Shown one piece after another: positions 24,160-35,049 of a DNA stretch of 64,000 nucleotides (within the stretch, counting starts at the first letter, position 1; each line of letters begins with the position of its first letter). Source of the stretch: Squalus acanthias (lineage: Eukaryota); contig CM059433.1 of the NCBI GenBank assembly GCA_030390025.1, positions 4,650,001-4,714,000 of the forward strand. The letters run 5' to 3'. The notes beneath the pieces are model-generated. The model did not search any database and was not told the origin of the DNA. It was given only the letters and a program-made list of their open reading frames with translations. A program made the position numbers and the translations under genes.

Positions 24160-24740
24160 AACTTGGGCTGAGTGGTAGCAATCTCGGAGTCAGAAGGTTG
24201 TGGGATAAGGTCCACTCCATCCAGGACATGAGCACAAATTCTAGGCTGACACTTCAGAGCTGTGCTGAGGGAGTGCTGGATTGTCGGACGTGTCGTCTTT
24301 TGGATGAAATGTAAACCTCGGGCCAATCTGCTCGCTCAGGTGGATATAAAGCGGCGTCATTCGAAGAAAAGCAGGGCAGTTCTTCCCGTGCTTTGTCCAA
24401 CAGTTACCCCTGGACCAACACTGCCAAAAACAGATCAACTGTTCATTCACCCCACTGCTGTTTGTGGGACCTCGTGCGCGAATTGGCTGTTGGGCTTGCC
24501 TGCAAAAAAAACAAGCGGCGACATCTCAAAAGTTCTGACGAAGGGTCATCGACCTGAAACGTTAACTCTGTTTTTCTCCCTGCAGAGTTGCTGCCTGGCC
24601 TGCTGAGTGTTTCCAGCATTTTCTGTTTTTATTTCAGATTTCCAGCATCCGCGGTATTTTGCTTTTGCTCAAAAGTAATGAATCGGCTGTGAAGCACTTT
24701 GGAACGTACGGAGAACGGGAGAGGCGCTGTATCTGTGGAG
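24160..24740 (+). mobile_element. Diverged Deu-domain SINE with a nested Penelope-like fragment
   Basis: GTCAGAAGGTTGTGGG...GAGGGAGTGCTG...CTGCTGTTTGTGGGA, homologous to 25721-26190. Confidence 0.75.
24531..24567 (+). ncRNA. Minimal type I hammerhead ribozyme motif (Penelope-associated)
   Basis: AGTT-CTGACGA-AGGGTC-ATC-GACCT-GAAAC-GTT-AACT: core, stem II, palindromic stem III, stem I AGTT/AACT. Insert 24534-24667 flanked by CTCAAAAGT duplication. Confidence 0.72.
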
Positions 24741-24768
24741 GCAGGTTCCCTTGGTCACTGCCAGTTAA

Positions 24769-24976
24769 TTGTGAGAAGTCGCACAACACCAGGTTATAGT
24801 CCAACAGTTTTATTTGAAATCACGAGCTTTCGGAGCGGCTGCTCCTTCGTCACCTGACGAAGGGGCAGCGCTCCGAAAGCTTGTGATTTCAAATAAAACT
24901 GTTGGACTATAACCTGGTGTTGTGCGACTTCTCACATTTGTCCACCCCAGTCCAACACCGGCATCTCCGCATCATG
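24769..24976. mobile_element. Penelope-like inverted terminal-repeat insertion with 12-bp TSD
   Basis: ~83-bp-arm palindrome 24770-24936 centred on TTCGTCACCTGACGAA; ACTGCCAGTTAA at 24757-24768 and 24977-24988. Confidence 0.8.
24850..24886 (+). ncRNA. Minimal type I hammerhead ribozyme motif
   Basis: TCAC-CTGACGA-AGGGGC-AGC-GCTCC-GAAAGCTT-GTGA; stem I TCAC/GTGA. Confidence 0.72.
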
Positions 24977-25720
24977 ACTGCCAGTTAAGGTGGAGCAGAA
25001 ACTGCAGAAACAGCTTGCGGCATCACAGCGCTTACAGGCAGTCTGGAGCTAGTGCCAGCTAATCTCCTCAGCACGCCTCTTTGATCTTCTTCATCTTTAT
25101 GCATTAAAATCTGTTGTAGGAGCACTTTGAAATAACACCACAAGTTCTAAAGTAAAATTGCCATTATTAAAAATGACTGTGCATCTTAATGACTGTGTGT
25201 CTACAAGAACTGCGTTCTTCACGTGGAAGAGCACAGTTCACCATTTGCGACCACTTTGAACAAACATACTTAACGTGAGGAAGCACTTTCAACAACAACA
25301 ACAAAAAAAATCAGCAAATAGAGTGCTAAATATTGACACCATTATTTAAATAAATTAAACATGCATAACAAAGCTCTTGTACATTTTGTACAAGATCTGC
25401 ATCATCCAAAGGGGAACATGACTCAGATAAGAGTGCAGTGCATAACAATGTTCTAGTTCCCGCTTTCAACATTATGCCAATGGGATCGAACCATAAAACC
25501 ACAGAAGTTTACAGCACGGAAAGAGGCTGTTTGGCCCACAATTTCTGTGCTGGGTCTCGGCCAGAGCAATCCAAAACTAATCCCACTGCCCAGGCTCTCC
25601 TGAAAGCATTGTATCTTCCTCTGGTTCAAATATTTATCCATTTTTCCCTTAAATTATGCCATGGTTTCCGCCTCAACCATTCCATTTGGCAAAGCTGTCC
25701 ATGCTCGAACAACATTCAGT

Positions 25721-26190
25721 GAAAAAAAAGACTTGCATTTCTATAGCGCCTTTCACGACCACCGGACGTCTCAAAGCGCTTTACAGCCAATGAAGTACTT
25801 TTGAAATGCAGTCACTGTTGTAATGTGGGAAACGCGGCAGCCAATTTGTGCACAGCAAGCTCCCACAAACAGCAATATGATAATGACCAGATAATCTGTT
25901 TTACTGATGTTGGTTGAGGGATAAATATTGACCCCAGGACACCGGGGATAACTCCCCTGCTCTTCTTCAAAATAGTGCCATGGGATCTTTTATGTCCACC
26001 GGAGAGAGCAGACGGGGCCTCGGTTTAACGTCTCATCCGAAAGACGGCACCTCTGACAGTGCAGCACTCCCTCAGCACTGCACTGGAGTGTCAGCCTAGC
26101 TTTATGTGCTCAAGTCCCTGGAGTGAGACTTGAACCCACAACCTTCCGACTCAAGAGGCGAGTGGGCTACCCACTGAGCCACAGCCGACA
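25721..26190 (-). mobile_element. Full-length Deu-domain tRNA SINE (SacSINE1-like), inside an old CR1 remnant (~25490-26400)
   Basis: Head GTGGCTCAGTGGGTAGC...GGGTTCAAGTC (A/B boxes), Deu core, L2-like tail. Confidence 0.9.
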
Positions 26191-26413
26191 CTGAAAAGAA
26201 ATATCTGTTAATTTCTCTCCTCACTCTCGTAGTGACAATGTTAAAGTGATAACCCCTCATCACCGACTTCCCAACTAGAAAGGAAATAGTCTTTCCCTAT
26301 TCACTCCATCAAAATGCTTCATAATTTAAAAAACCTATATTCAATCTCCCCTTAGCCTTCTCTGCTCAGTGGAACGAGTCCTATTATATTGAATGTATCT
26401 CCTCAAAACTATA

Positions 26414-27340
26414 GGCCCTGATATTAATGGGCAGGAGTGGGGCGCAGTTTTGCCGTCAGGAAACCCGGAAGAACAAGTTTCCCTCAGGTGCTGCCCAATT
26501 TAACGGCAGGACCTGATTAATATTTTTTTGTCTCCGTTACCCGGCCACAGCCAATCAGATTGAGAGGCTGGCAGTCGATTGGATAGGCCTTTGGCACCAG
26601 GCCATAGCCGGGGAGCGGAGAGGAGAGAGGGAGAGATCGGGAGGCGGGGAGGGCCCAGAGAGATCTGTGGAGGAGGGAAGAAGTTCGTAGGGGGAGGAGG
26701 GGTGAAGATCGCGGGGGTGGGGGGTGGGGGAGCGGAGAGATCGGGTGAGGAGGGGTGAAAGCGGAGAGATCGGGGGAGGAGGGGTGACGATCGCGGGGGG
26801 GGGGGGTGGGGGAGCGGAGAGATCGGGTGAGGAGGGGTGAAAGCGGAGAGATCGGGGGAGGAGGGGTGAAGATCGCGGGGGAGGAGGGGTGAAGATCGTT
26901 GGCAGGATGGGGGGGCGCGTGGAGAATATGGGGGTGGCGGGGGGACGGACCAGGAGGAGATTGCAGGCTGCGTTGGACATCGGATCGCGTGGTGGGGGGG
27001 AAATGCGTTGATCGCTGGAGAGGTTAACAGGGTTTGCTTGAGGGGCCGAGGGGGAAGTACTTCTGCTCCTCCGAGCCCACAAGCAGCGCTGGAAAAGCAC
27101 TTACTGTTCCATGCAGCAGTCCTCGCCTCCCTTTAGCTGCCGGGTTAAAGCTTGAACAGAGGAAAAAAAGAGGCACGCAGCCTCACTAAAATATTTAAAT
27201 GCAGGACCCGCCTCCTGGGAGCGGGTTGGCCGCCTGTGCAGCCACTGTCAAAACCAGAAGTGGGCGGGTTTGAGGCGGGTTGGGGTTTGAGATTTTTTAC
27301 ATTCTTACCCAAACCCACCCGTTTTTAGTTTTTCATCCCT
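26414..27340. mobile_element. MITE-like element with internal G-rich tandem repeats
   Basis: Begins GGCCCTGATATT; GGAGAGATCGGG...GAGGGGTGAA repeats at 26620-26900; similar to 5660-6095. Confidence 0.55.
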
Positions 27341-27539
27341 AACAAAATCATGGTGAACCCATACTGGACACTCTATGGAGTTATCGTCCGTTCAATAATG
27401 GGATGCTTAAACCTGCACACAATGCTCTAACCAATGATTTGTGTAAATTTATCATTTCTTCTTTACTCTTGCACACCATGCCTCTATTTAGAAAATCTAA
27501 AATGCTATTGGCGTTTTTTTTTATGGCTTTATCACACTT

Positions 27540-28090
27540 TCAACAACAACTTGTATTTATATAGCGCCTTTAACGTAGTAAAACGTCCCAAGGCGCTGCA
27601 CAGGAGTGTTACAAGGCAGGTGACCAAAAGCTTGGTCAGAGAGGTAGGTTTTAAGGAGCGTCTTAAAGGAGGAGAGAGAGGTAGCGAGGCGGAGAGGTTT
27701 AGGCAGGGAATTCCAGAGCTTAGGGCCTGGGCAACAGAAGGCACGGCCACCAATGGTTGAGCGATTATAATCAGGGATGCTCAAGAGGGCAGAATTAGAG
27801 GAGCGCAGATATCTCGGGGGGTTGTGGGGTTGAAGGAGATTACAGAGATAGGGAGTGGCGAGGCCATGGAGGGATTTGAAAACAAGGATGAGATTTTTGA
27901 AATCGAGGCGCTGCTTAACCGGGAGCCAATGTAGGTGAGCGAGCACAGGGGTGATGGGCGAACGGGACTTGGTGCGAGTTAGGACACGGGCAGCCGAGTT
28001 TTGGATGACCTCAAGTTTACGTAGGGTGGAATGTGGAAGGCCAGCCAGGAGCGCGTTGCAATAGTCAAGTCTAGAGGTAACAAAGGCATA
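27540..28090 (-). mobile_element. L2-clade LINE 3' fragment
   Basis: LAHLHWLPVKQRLDFK...GGRAF...PKLWNSLP...SFKTLLKTYL, tail AAAGGCGCTATATAAATACAAG(TTG)n. Confidence 0.9.
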
Positions 28091-29164
28091 ATTTCAGGGC
28101 ATTATTTATTTGAACGGCTACTTCTCTGTTTATCCACACCCATCAGTGTCTTATCATCGTGTACACCATCTTTTTCTTTGATTTTCCTCCCAAAATGTAT
28201 TACTTCACACTTATCTATCTGCTACCTGTCTGCCCATTCTGCAGACATACATGCCTTCCTGAATTTTTTTGTTTAAACAGTCGTTATCACTGGCAAACAT
28301 CCTACTTTTATGTCATGAGTAAATCTTCAGATTGTGCTCCCTGGCCAAATTCGTTTGCATATTGCCAAATGTAAAAGCCGGCATGAATCAGCGCAATTGG
28401 GCAGCGTTTTAGACCATTATTTTTTTAAATTTTGTATTAAAAAATATTCTGTGATATATTCAACAGCGGTAACTTGGTGCAGCTTTATTAATACAGCGGA
28501 AAATGGGTTTATCACAAAAAATGCATTTTTAATCAGTGTCTCTCGTCCACCACCTGTAAGTAACCTGCTTTTAAGTAACTGAAAATGACTTTAAAATACT
28601 ATAAAGAACCATTTCCTAATTCCATTGCGTACAGTAGACAGTTCCTCAGGAAATTTAAAAAATAAGTTTAAAAGCTTTTAAAACGTGCCCTTGCACCCAA
28701 AAAAAAGGCTGAATTTTTAGAGCTTCATCGAAGGCCTGCAAACGAGCGCAATTAGCAGAAACTCACAATGTCAATTAATTCGATCTGGGGACGTGGTCAG
28801 CTTCTAGTGCGATGTTTTTTTAAAACTAGCGCAAAAGATCACGGAACTTCAAATCGCGCTGAATGTGATTTATGCTTGAAATTCCGTAATATTTTGGACT
28901 GGTTTTGCCAATTTCGGGCAAATTGCACTGGAAAAAAAAAAACCAGCGCAACCGAGCGGAAACTCCTCTGTGTCTCGAGTTCAAATCATATACTGTGAAC
29001 AAAAGTGCACCCAGCACTAACCCCTGGGAGATATACACACACACACGCACACTATATGCGTGCGTGGTACTTATTTGCTTTTATTTTAATGATACTTTCT
29101 TCTCAAACAAAAAATTATGTTGAAACAGATACTGGGGGAGAAATTGCACTCGTTTTCAGGCATA

Positions 29165-29610
29165 AGTTGAGGTTGAGGAGGTTGGGCCTCTACTCATTGG
29201 AGTACAGAAGAATGAGAGGCGATCTTATCGAAACATATAAGGTTGTGAGAGGGGCTTGATCGGGTGGAGGCGGGGAGGATGTTTCCACTGATGGGTGAGA
29301 CTAGAACTAGGGGGCATAATCTTCGAATAAGGGGCTGCCGTTTCAAAACTGAGATGAGGAGAAACTTCTTCGCTGAGAGGGTAGTAAATCTATGGAATTT
29401 GCTACCTCAGAGAGCTGTAGAAGCTGCGACATTAAATAACTTTAAAACGGAGATAGACAGTTTCCTAGCTGATAAGGGAATGAAGGGTTATGGGGAGCGG
29501 GCAGGGAAGTGGACGTGAGTCTAGGTTCGGATCAGCCATGATCCGATTGAATGGCGGAGCAGGCCCGAGGGCCATATGGCCGACTCCTGCTCCTACTTCT
29601 TATGTTCTTA
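29165..29610 (+). mobile_element. CR1 LINE 3' fragment
   Basis: LGLYSLEYRRMRGDLIETYK...RRNFFAERVVNLWN, CR1 tail. Confidence 0.88.
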
Positions 29611-30780
29611 TAATACAGGCGCAAAGTATATGGATTTAGCAGCGGGATGGCCTGTGCTCAATCTGTGCAGGCGTTGGTCCCACTGGCAAACTCATGGGGC
29701 CCACAGGCATTCGGCTCCCATTAAATGTAAATCAGGGGTCTAACACCCGTTAAAGGACGCCTTTTGAGAAGTCGATGGGTCTGCCCTGCTCAGGATTCTT
29801 CAGTGACCCTCATGAACACCAAGGAGAGGAAAGTTATTAAAACAAATTCAAAAAAATAACTTCTTTCTGGGGAGCAAGGAGGAGCAGGAGTGCTGCTCAC
29901 AGTCCCAAAGATAGTTGCCAGCCCCCCACTCGCTTCTCCCCTCTCCCGATCGTCACCTCCTCCCAAGGCTAGGAGTGGGGGTGGGGGGCGTGTGGAGATA
30001 AGCCAAGGAGCCCGTGACCTGATCACTCTCGACTGGACGGTGCGTGCGTGCAGATGTCAGGTGAGGACCGGGTTGGGCTGCGATTCCCTCGCTGGTAGAA
30101 TGGCTATTGGCACTCATTGCCGAGGCTCACACATTAATGATGGCCACTTGTGCAAGATGCCAGTGATCTGCTGGCTTCTGTGGAGCTGTCCAGCTTTATG
30201 AAGAAAGGAAGGGAAAAAATTTAGAGATCAAGTATTTTAGGCTTACTTATATAAAACTCTCTTGTTTGATATCCAGCCAGTCCTGTTACAGCCCTGCTTG
30301 TTTATCCATGAACTCTCATAATAGCATATGCTGTTTGTCTTGTAACGGAGTACATCATTCGGCCTGGTTTCCATGGATACACAACACAGCTACCCATTAG
30401 GTCAGAAAGCATTTTTTCAAACGGCGTTGGAAAATAGGTACTTTAATCATACAATGTAGTTTTACGCAAGGTCTTAAAAAGTTAAACCAATGATTGTGAG
30501 CTGAAATAAGATCTTAAAGCAGAACCTACACGACAGAGATTCGGTACTAAAACTGTTTGTGTGTACTTTTTATGCAACAAATCTTCTACAGCTTCCAGGC
30601 TTACAAGATTCGAGACTAGCTTGGAACATCCAACTTGTCTCATGTTAAAGAATGGTACAATTTCCAAAAATTAGATTTCTTTTTATTCTGAAGATTTTCT
30701 GCCCTATTATGGAAGAGAGTGGGATCGATGGGAGCTGAAGTAGATCTTCACATATGCTACATGTCAATCTTAAATTCAAT

Positions 30781-31735
30781 GGCCTAGAAATTCGATCAAA
30801 CCCAAAAACAGGCCCGCAGGCGGGTTGGAGCGCACTGCACGCACCTGTTGACATAATCCCAGGCAGTGGGTTAAATTAATGCTGAGACCTCATTAAAGTG
30901 ATTCAGGCATACGGCCAGTGCCACCCACGCTATTCATTGGCTGCACGTCTCTTTGGCGGGGTGGGGCGTGGGATTCAGATGTCTCCGACGCGACTTAAAG
31001 TCAGCCAGCACCTCTTAAAGGGAAGGTGCACTCTGGCTGCAGACAATAGGGAAATTTGAAAGATGGCTCGAAGAGGTTCAGACAGGGCATCCAGGTTCTC
31101 CGATGCCGCGCTGGAGGCCCTGGTCCAGGCAGTGGACAGGAGGAGGGAGATCCTGTTCCCCCCCGAGGGGACAGATAGTACTCCAGGCTACACCTCTGCC
31201 GCCAATGGGAAGAAGTCGCAGAGGAGATCAATGCCAGGAGCTTAGCTCCCAGAACACAGCTGTATTGCTGGAAAAAGTTCCAATGTCCTCGCCAGAGTTG
31301 TCCAGGTAAGAATACTGCTCTCTTACTCTCTGCTGACACCTCCACCATCTGCAATCTCACTACTTACAATACTCCCCTTCCCCGCTTCCCTCCACTCTCC
31401 TACAATCAACTGCACCACACTTCACTCCAGCTCCTTCTCCCCATACTCACACACTCATCACTATTCCAACCCTCACTTCCCCATACCTCACTTCTTGCAC
31501 ACTGCATACCAGTAATTCTTCCATGACAGGCACATTTCCCCCCGAACACCTCACAAGGATGTCACTAACACGCTCGTTTCTTTCTTGCAGGTGAAGGTTG
31601 CACACAACTTGCGACAGGGAGCTGCCACCCGAGGAGGCCGAGCCCGTCTGTACGCCCTGTCTCCCAGGGAAGGAAACGTTCTGGCCATCATGGGCCGGGG
31701 AAGAGTCATGACCATGGCGACTGGCAACGCTGGAG
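30781..31735 (+). pseudogene. Harbinger fragment with Myb/SANT-like gene remnant
   Basis: RASRFSDAALEALVQAVDRRREILFPPEG at 31063; intron gtaaga (~31306) to ttgcag (31590); exon 2 VKVAHN...TRGG, same layout as 13922-13181. Confidence 0.75.
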
Positions 31736-32043
31736 AACACAAGAACATATGACGTAGGAGCAGGAGTCGGCCATTTGGCCCCTCGAGCCTGCTCCGCCAT
31801 TCAATAAGATCATGGCTGATCTGGTCTTGGCCTCAACTCCACTTCCCTGCCCGCTCCCCATAACCCTCGACCCCCTTATCGTTCAAAAATCTGTCCATCT
31901 CCACCTTAAATATATTCAATGACTCAGCCTCCACAGCTCTCTGGGGAAGAGAATCCCAAAGATTCACAACCCTCAGAGTAGAAATTCCTCCTCATTTCCG
32001 TTTTAAATGGGCGACCCCTTATTCTGAAATGATGCCCCCTAGA
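31735..32043 (-). mobile_element. CR1 LINE 3' fragment
   Basis: AGGAGCAGGAGTCGGCCATTTGGCCCCTCGAGCCTGCTCCGCCATTC, reverse complement of the CR1 3' UTR. Confidence 0.85.
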
Positions 32044-32351
32044 AGGGTGTCTTCACAACTTCCTCTCTTTCTCTTGACCTTTTGAACAATATTTAATGTA
32101 ACAGCACTATTGCTCTTTCACCACACCCCAAGTTTAAAGAACAATCAGTTGTGGTGAAATGCTGAACAGCCAAGCCCTGAAATTGCAGGACTCCACTTCA
32201 AGCTGAAAGTTGGGAGGATTGCAAACTGGGCACACTGACCTCCACAGCAAGTCTCTGAGCTGTGCTCGTCAAGTGAGACTCCACACTGGGATCAGGCTCT
32301 CACAAGTTCAACAAATACACTTGCATTTACATTCGCCTTTCACCACCTCAG

Positions 32352-34110
32352 GAGCAATATTGGCCCCTTAAAAACTGAAAGTGGTGATATTATCAATAAT
32401 AATAAGGAAATGGCGGACATGTTGAATAATTACTTTGCGTCAGTATTTACAGTAGCGGAAGAGGACAGCATGCCAGAAATCCCAAAGAAACTAAATCAGG
32501 GACAGGGACTCAATAAAATTAATGTAAGAAATGAAGAAAATAATGGCACTAAAGAGTGACAAATCCCCAGGACCAGATGGTTCCCATCCCAGGGTTTTAA
32601 AGGAAGCAGGGGAACACATTGCAGATGCCCTAACTATAATCTTCCAAAGTTCTCTCGATTCAGGAACCGTTCCTTTAGATTGGAAAATTGCGCATGTCAC
32701 TCCGGTATTTAAAAATGGTGAGAGAGGGAAACCAGGGAATTATAGACCAGTTAGCCTAACATCTGTTGTTGGGAAATTGCTAGAATCTATAATTAAGGAT
32801 AGAGTGACTGAACACCTCGAAAATTTTCAGTTGATCAGAGAGCCAGCATGGATTTGTGAAAGGCAGGTCATGCCTGACAAACCTGATTGAATCTTTTGAA
32901 GAGCTGACTAAAGTAGTGGACAGGAGAATGTCTATGGATGCTATTTATATGGACTTCCAGAAGGCATTTGATAAAGTCCCACCAAAGAGACCGTTAACTA
33001 AGGTAAAAGCCCATGGAATTGAGGGCAAATTATTGACCTGGTTAGGAAATTGGCTGAGCGGCAGGAGACAGGCAGTAGGGACAATGGGTAGGTACTCAAA
33101 TTGGCAGGATGTGACTAGTGGTGTCCCGCAGCGATCTGTGTTGGGGCCTCAACTATTCACAGTATTTATTAACAACTTAGGTGATGGCATAGAAAGTCAT
33201 ATGTCCAAATTTGCCGATGACACAAAGATAGGCAGCATTGCAGGCAGTGTAGATGGAAACATAAAATTACAAAGGGATATCGACAGATTAAGTGAATGGG
33301 CAAAACTGTGGCAAATGGATTTCAATGTAGGCGAATGTGAGGTCATCCACTTTGGATCTAAAAAGGATAGAACAGGGGACTTTCTAAATGGTGAAAGGCT
33401 AAAAACAGTGGAGGTCCAAAGAGACTTGGGGGTCCAGGTACATAGATCATTAAAATGTCATGAATGGGTACAGAAAATAATTAAAAGGGCTAATGGAATG
33501 CTGGCCTTTATATCTGGAGGACTAGAATACAAGGGGGTAGAAGTTATGCTGCAGCTATACAAAACCCTGGTTAGACCACACCTGGAGCACTGTGAGCAGT
33601 TCTGGGCACCACACCTCAGGAAGGATATATTGGCCTTGGAGGGAGTGCAGCGTAGGTTTACCAGAATGACACCCAGACTCCAGGGGTTAAGTTACAAGGA
33701 GAGATTACACAAATTAGGGTTGTGTTCTCTAGAATTTAGAAGGTTAAGGGGTGATCTGATCGAAGTTTTCAGGATATTAAGGGGAACAGATAGGGTAGAT
33801 AGAGAGAAACTATTTCCGCTGGTTGGGGATTCTAGGACTAGGGGGCATCGTCTAAAGATTTCAGGAGTGAAATTAGGAAACTCTTCTGCACACAAAGGGT
33901 GGTAGAAGTTTGGAACGCTCTTCTGCAAACAGCAATTGATACTAGATCAATTGTTAATTTTAAATCGGAGATTGTTAGCTTTCTGTTAACCAAAGGTATT
34001 AAGGGATATGGGGCAAAGGTGAGTATATGGAGTTAGGTCGCAGATCAGCCATGATCTCATTGAATGGCGGAGCAGGCTCAGGGGCTGAATGGCCTCCTCC
34101 TGTTCCTATG
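32352..34110 (+). mobile_element. 5'-truncated CR1 LINE (RT region)
   Basis: KSPGPDG, NYRPVSLTS, YMDFQKAFDKV, KFADDTK; frameshifted. Confidence 0.92.
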
Positions 34111-34272
34111 TCAGGGAGGAACATGAAATGTAAACACAATGGACCCACAAAAATCAGCAATTGCCTCAACACCGCACCAAGGGCCCCACTGAAATGCAAA
34201 AGGCTGTAACAGTCTTAGCACTGAGTGCTCCTCGAAAACTGTCAATATATACTCATTACTGATAGAGTCATA

Positions 34273-34964
34273 GGGGGAAAAACTGAGTTGCGCCCCCTTT
34301 GGGGCGCTAACTTCGCCGGGGCGCTACTTTTAGTGCCCCGAAAAAATTAGCACCCCCGCGGCCGAAATTGAATGGTAGCGCCCCAAGGGGGAAGCGGGGC
34401 GCTTGCCTCCCTCTTGGGGCGCTGCGAGGGAATATCGCGGGTGCTACGTGCCGCAGCGCCATGTGCTGCGGCACGTCACGCTGCGGTACTGCAGGCCTTC
34501 CTGCCCTTCTTAAAGGGGAGGGGCCTAGCGCAGCACGACCCGGGGCCCAGCTGGGCCACCAGGAATCGGAGTGCCGGCAAAAGAGCCCGGCGCTCAAGAG
34601 AAGTGCCGGGCTCACGGAGCGCAGCCGGCACCCCGCGGGGTGGCCTTCAGAGGAGGCCGGGGACGGCAACGGAGGCAGGTGCTGGCAGGCGGCCAGCAAC
34701 AAAAATGGCCGCCCAGCACCTCGCCTTTAATTAGCGCCGCCCCGGCCGCAGGTAGGCCCCCTGACCCCGTCTGACATAGCGTCCGGCGATAAGTCAGGGG
34801 GCGGCTACCAAAGATCGCGGCCGGGGCGCTAACGGTTACCGCCGCCGCTAACCTCCTGATGAATTTCGCGGGAGGCGTTGGCGGCGCCGCGCCCGGGCGC
34901 TAGTTGCTTTGCGCCCCGTTAGAGGGCGCTAACAGGAGGCGCAAAGCAACCGAACTTTTCCCCC
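34273..34964. mobile_element. GC-rich Harbinger-type MITE (family B)
   Basis: TIR GGGGGAAAAACTGAGTTGC / GCAACCGAACTTTTCCCCC, ATA both sides; related end at 63805-64000. Confidence 0.85.
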
Positions 34965-35049
34965 ATAGAGTCATAACTCTATGATATTTAATAAAATGAC
35001 GCAACTGTTAAACTTGTACATTTTCAACGTCTCTGGGAAATAGTGCTAC

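Noticed and set aside
26120..26190. tRNA genes at A/B-box motifs (also ~21440-21517 and ~62130-62200)
   Set aside because: These are SINE heads continuous with SINE bodies; no full cloverleaf.
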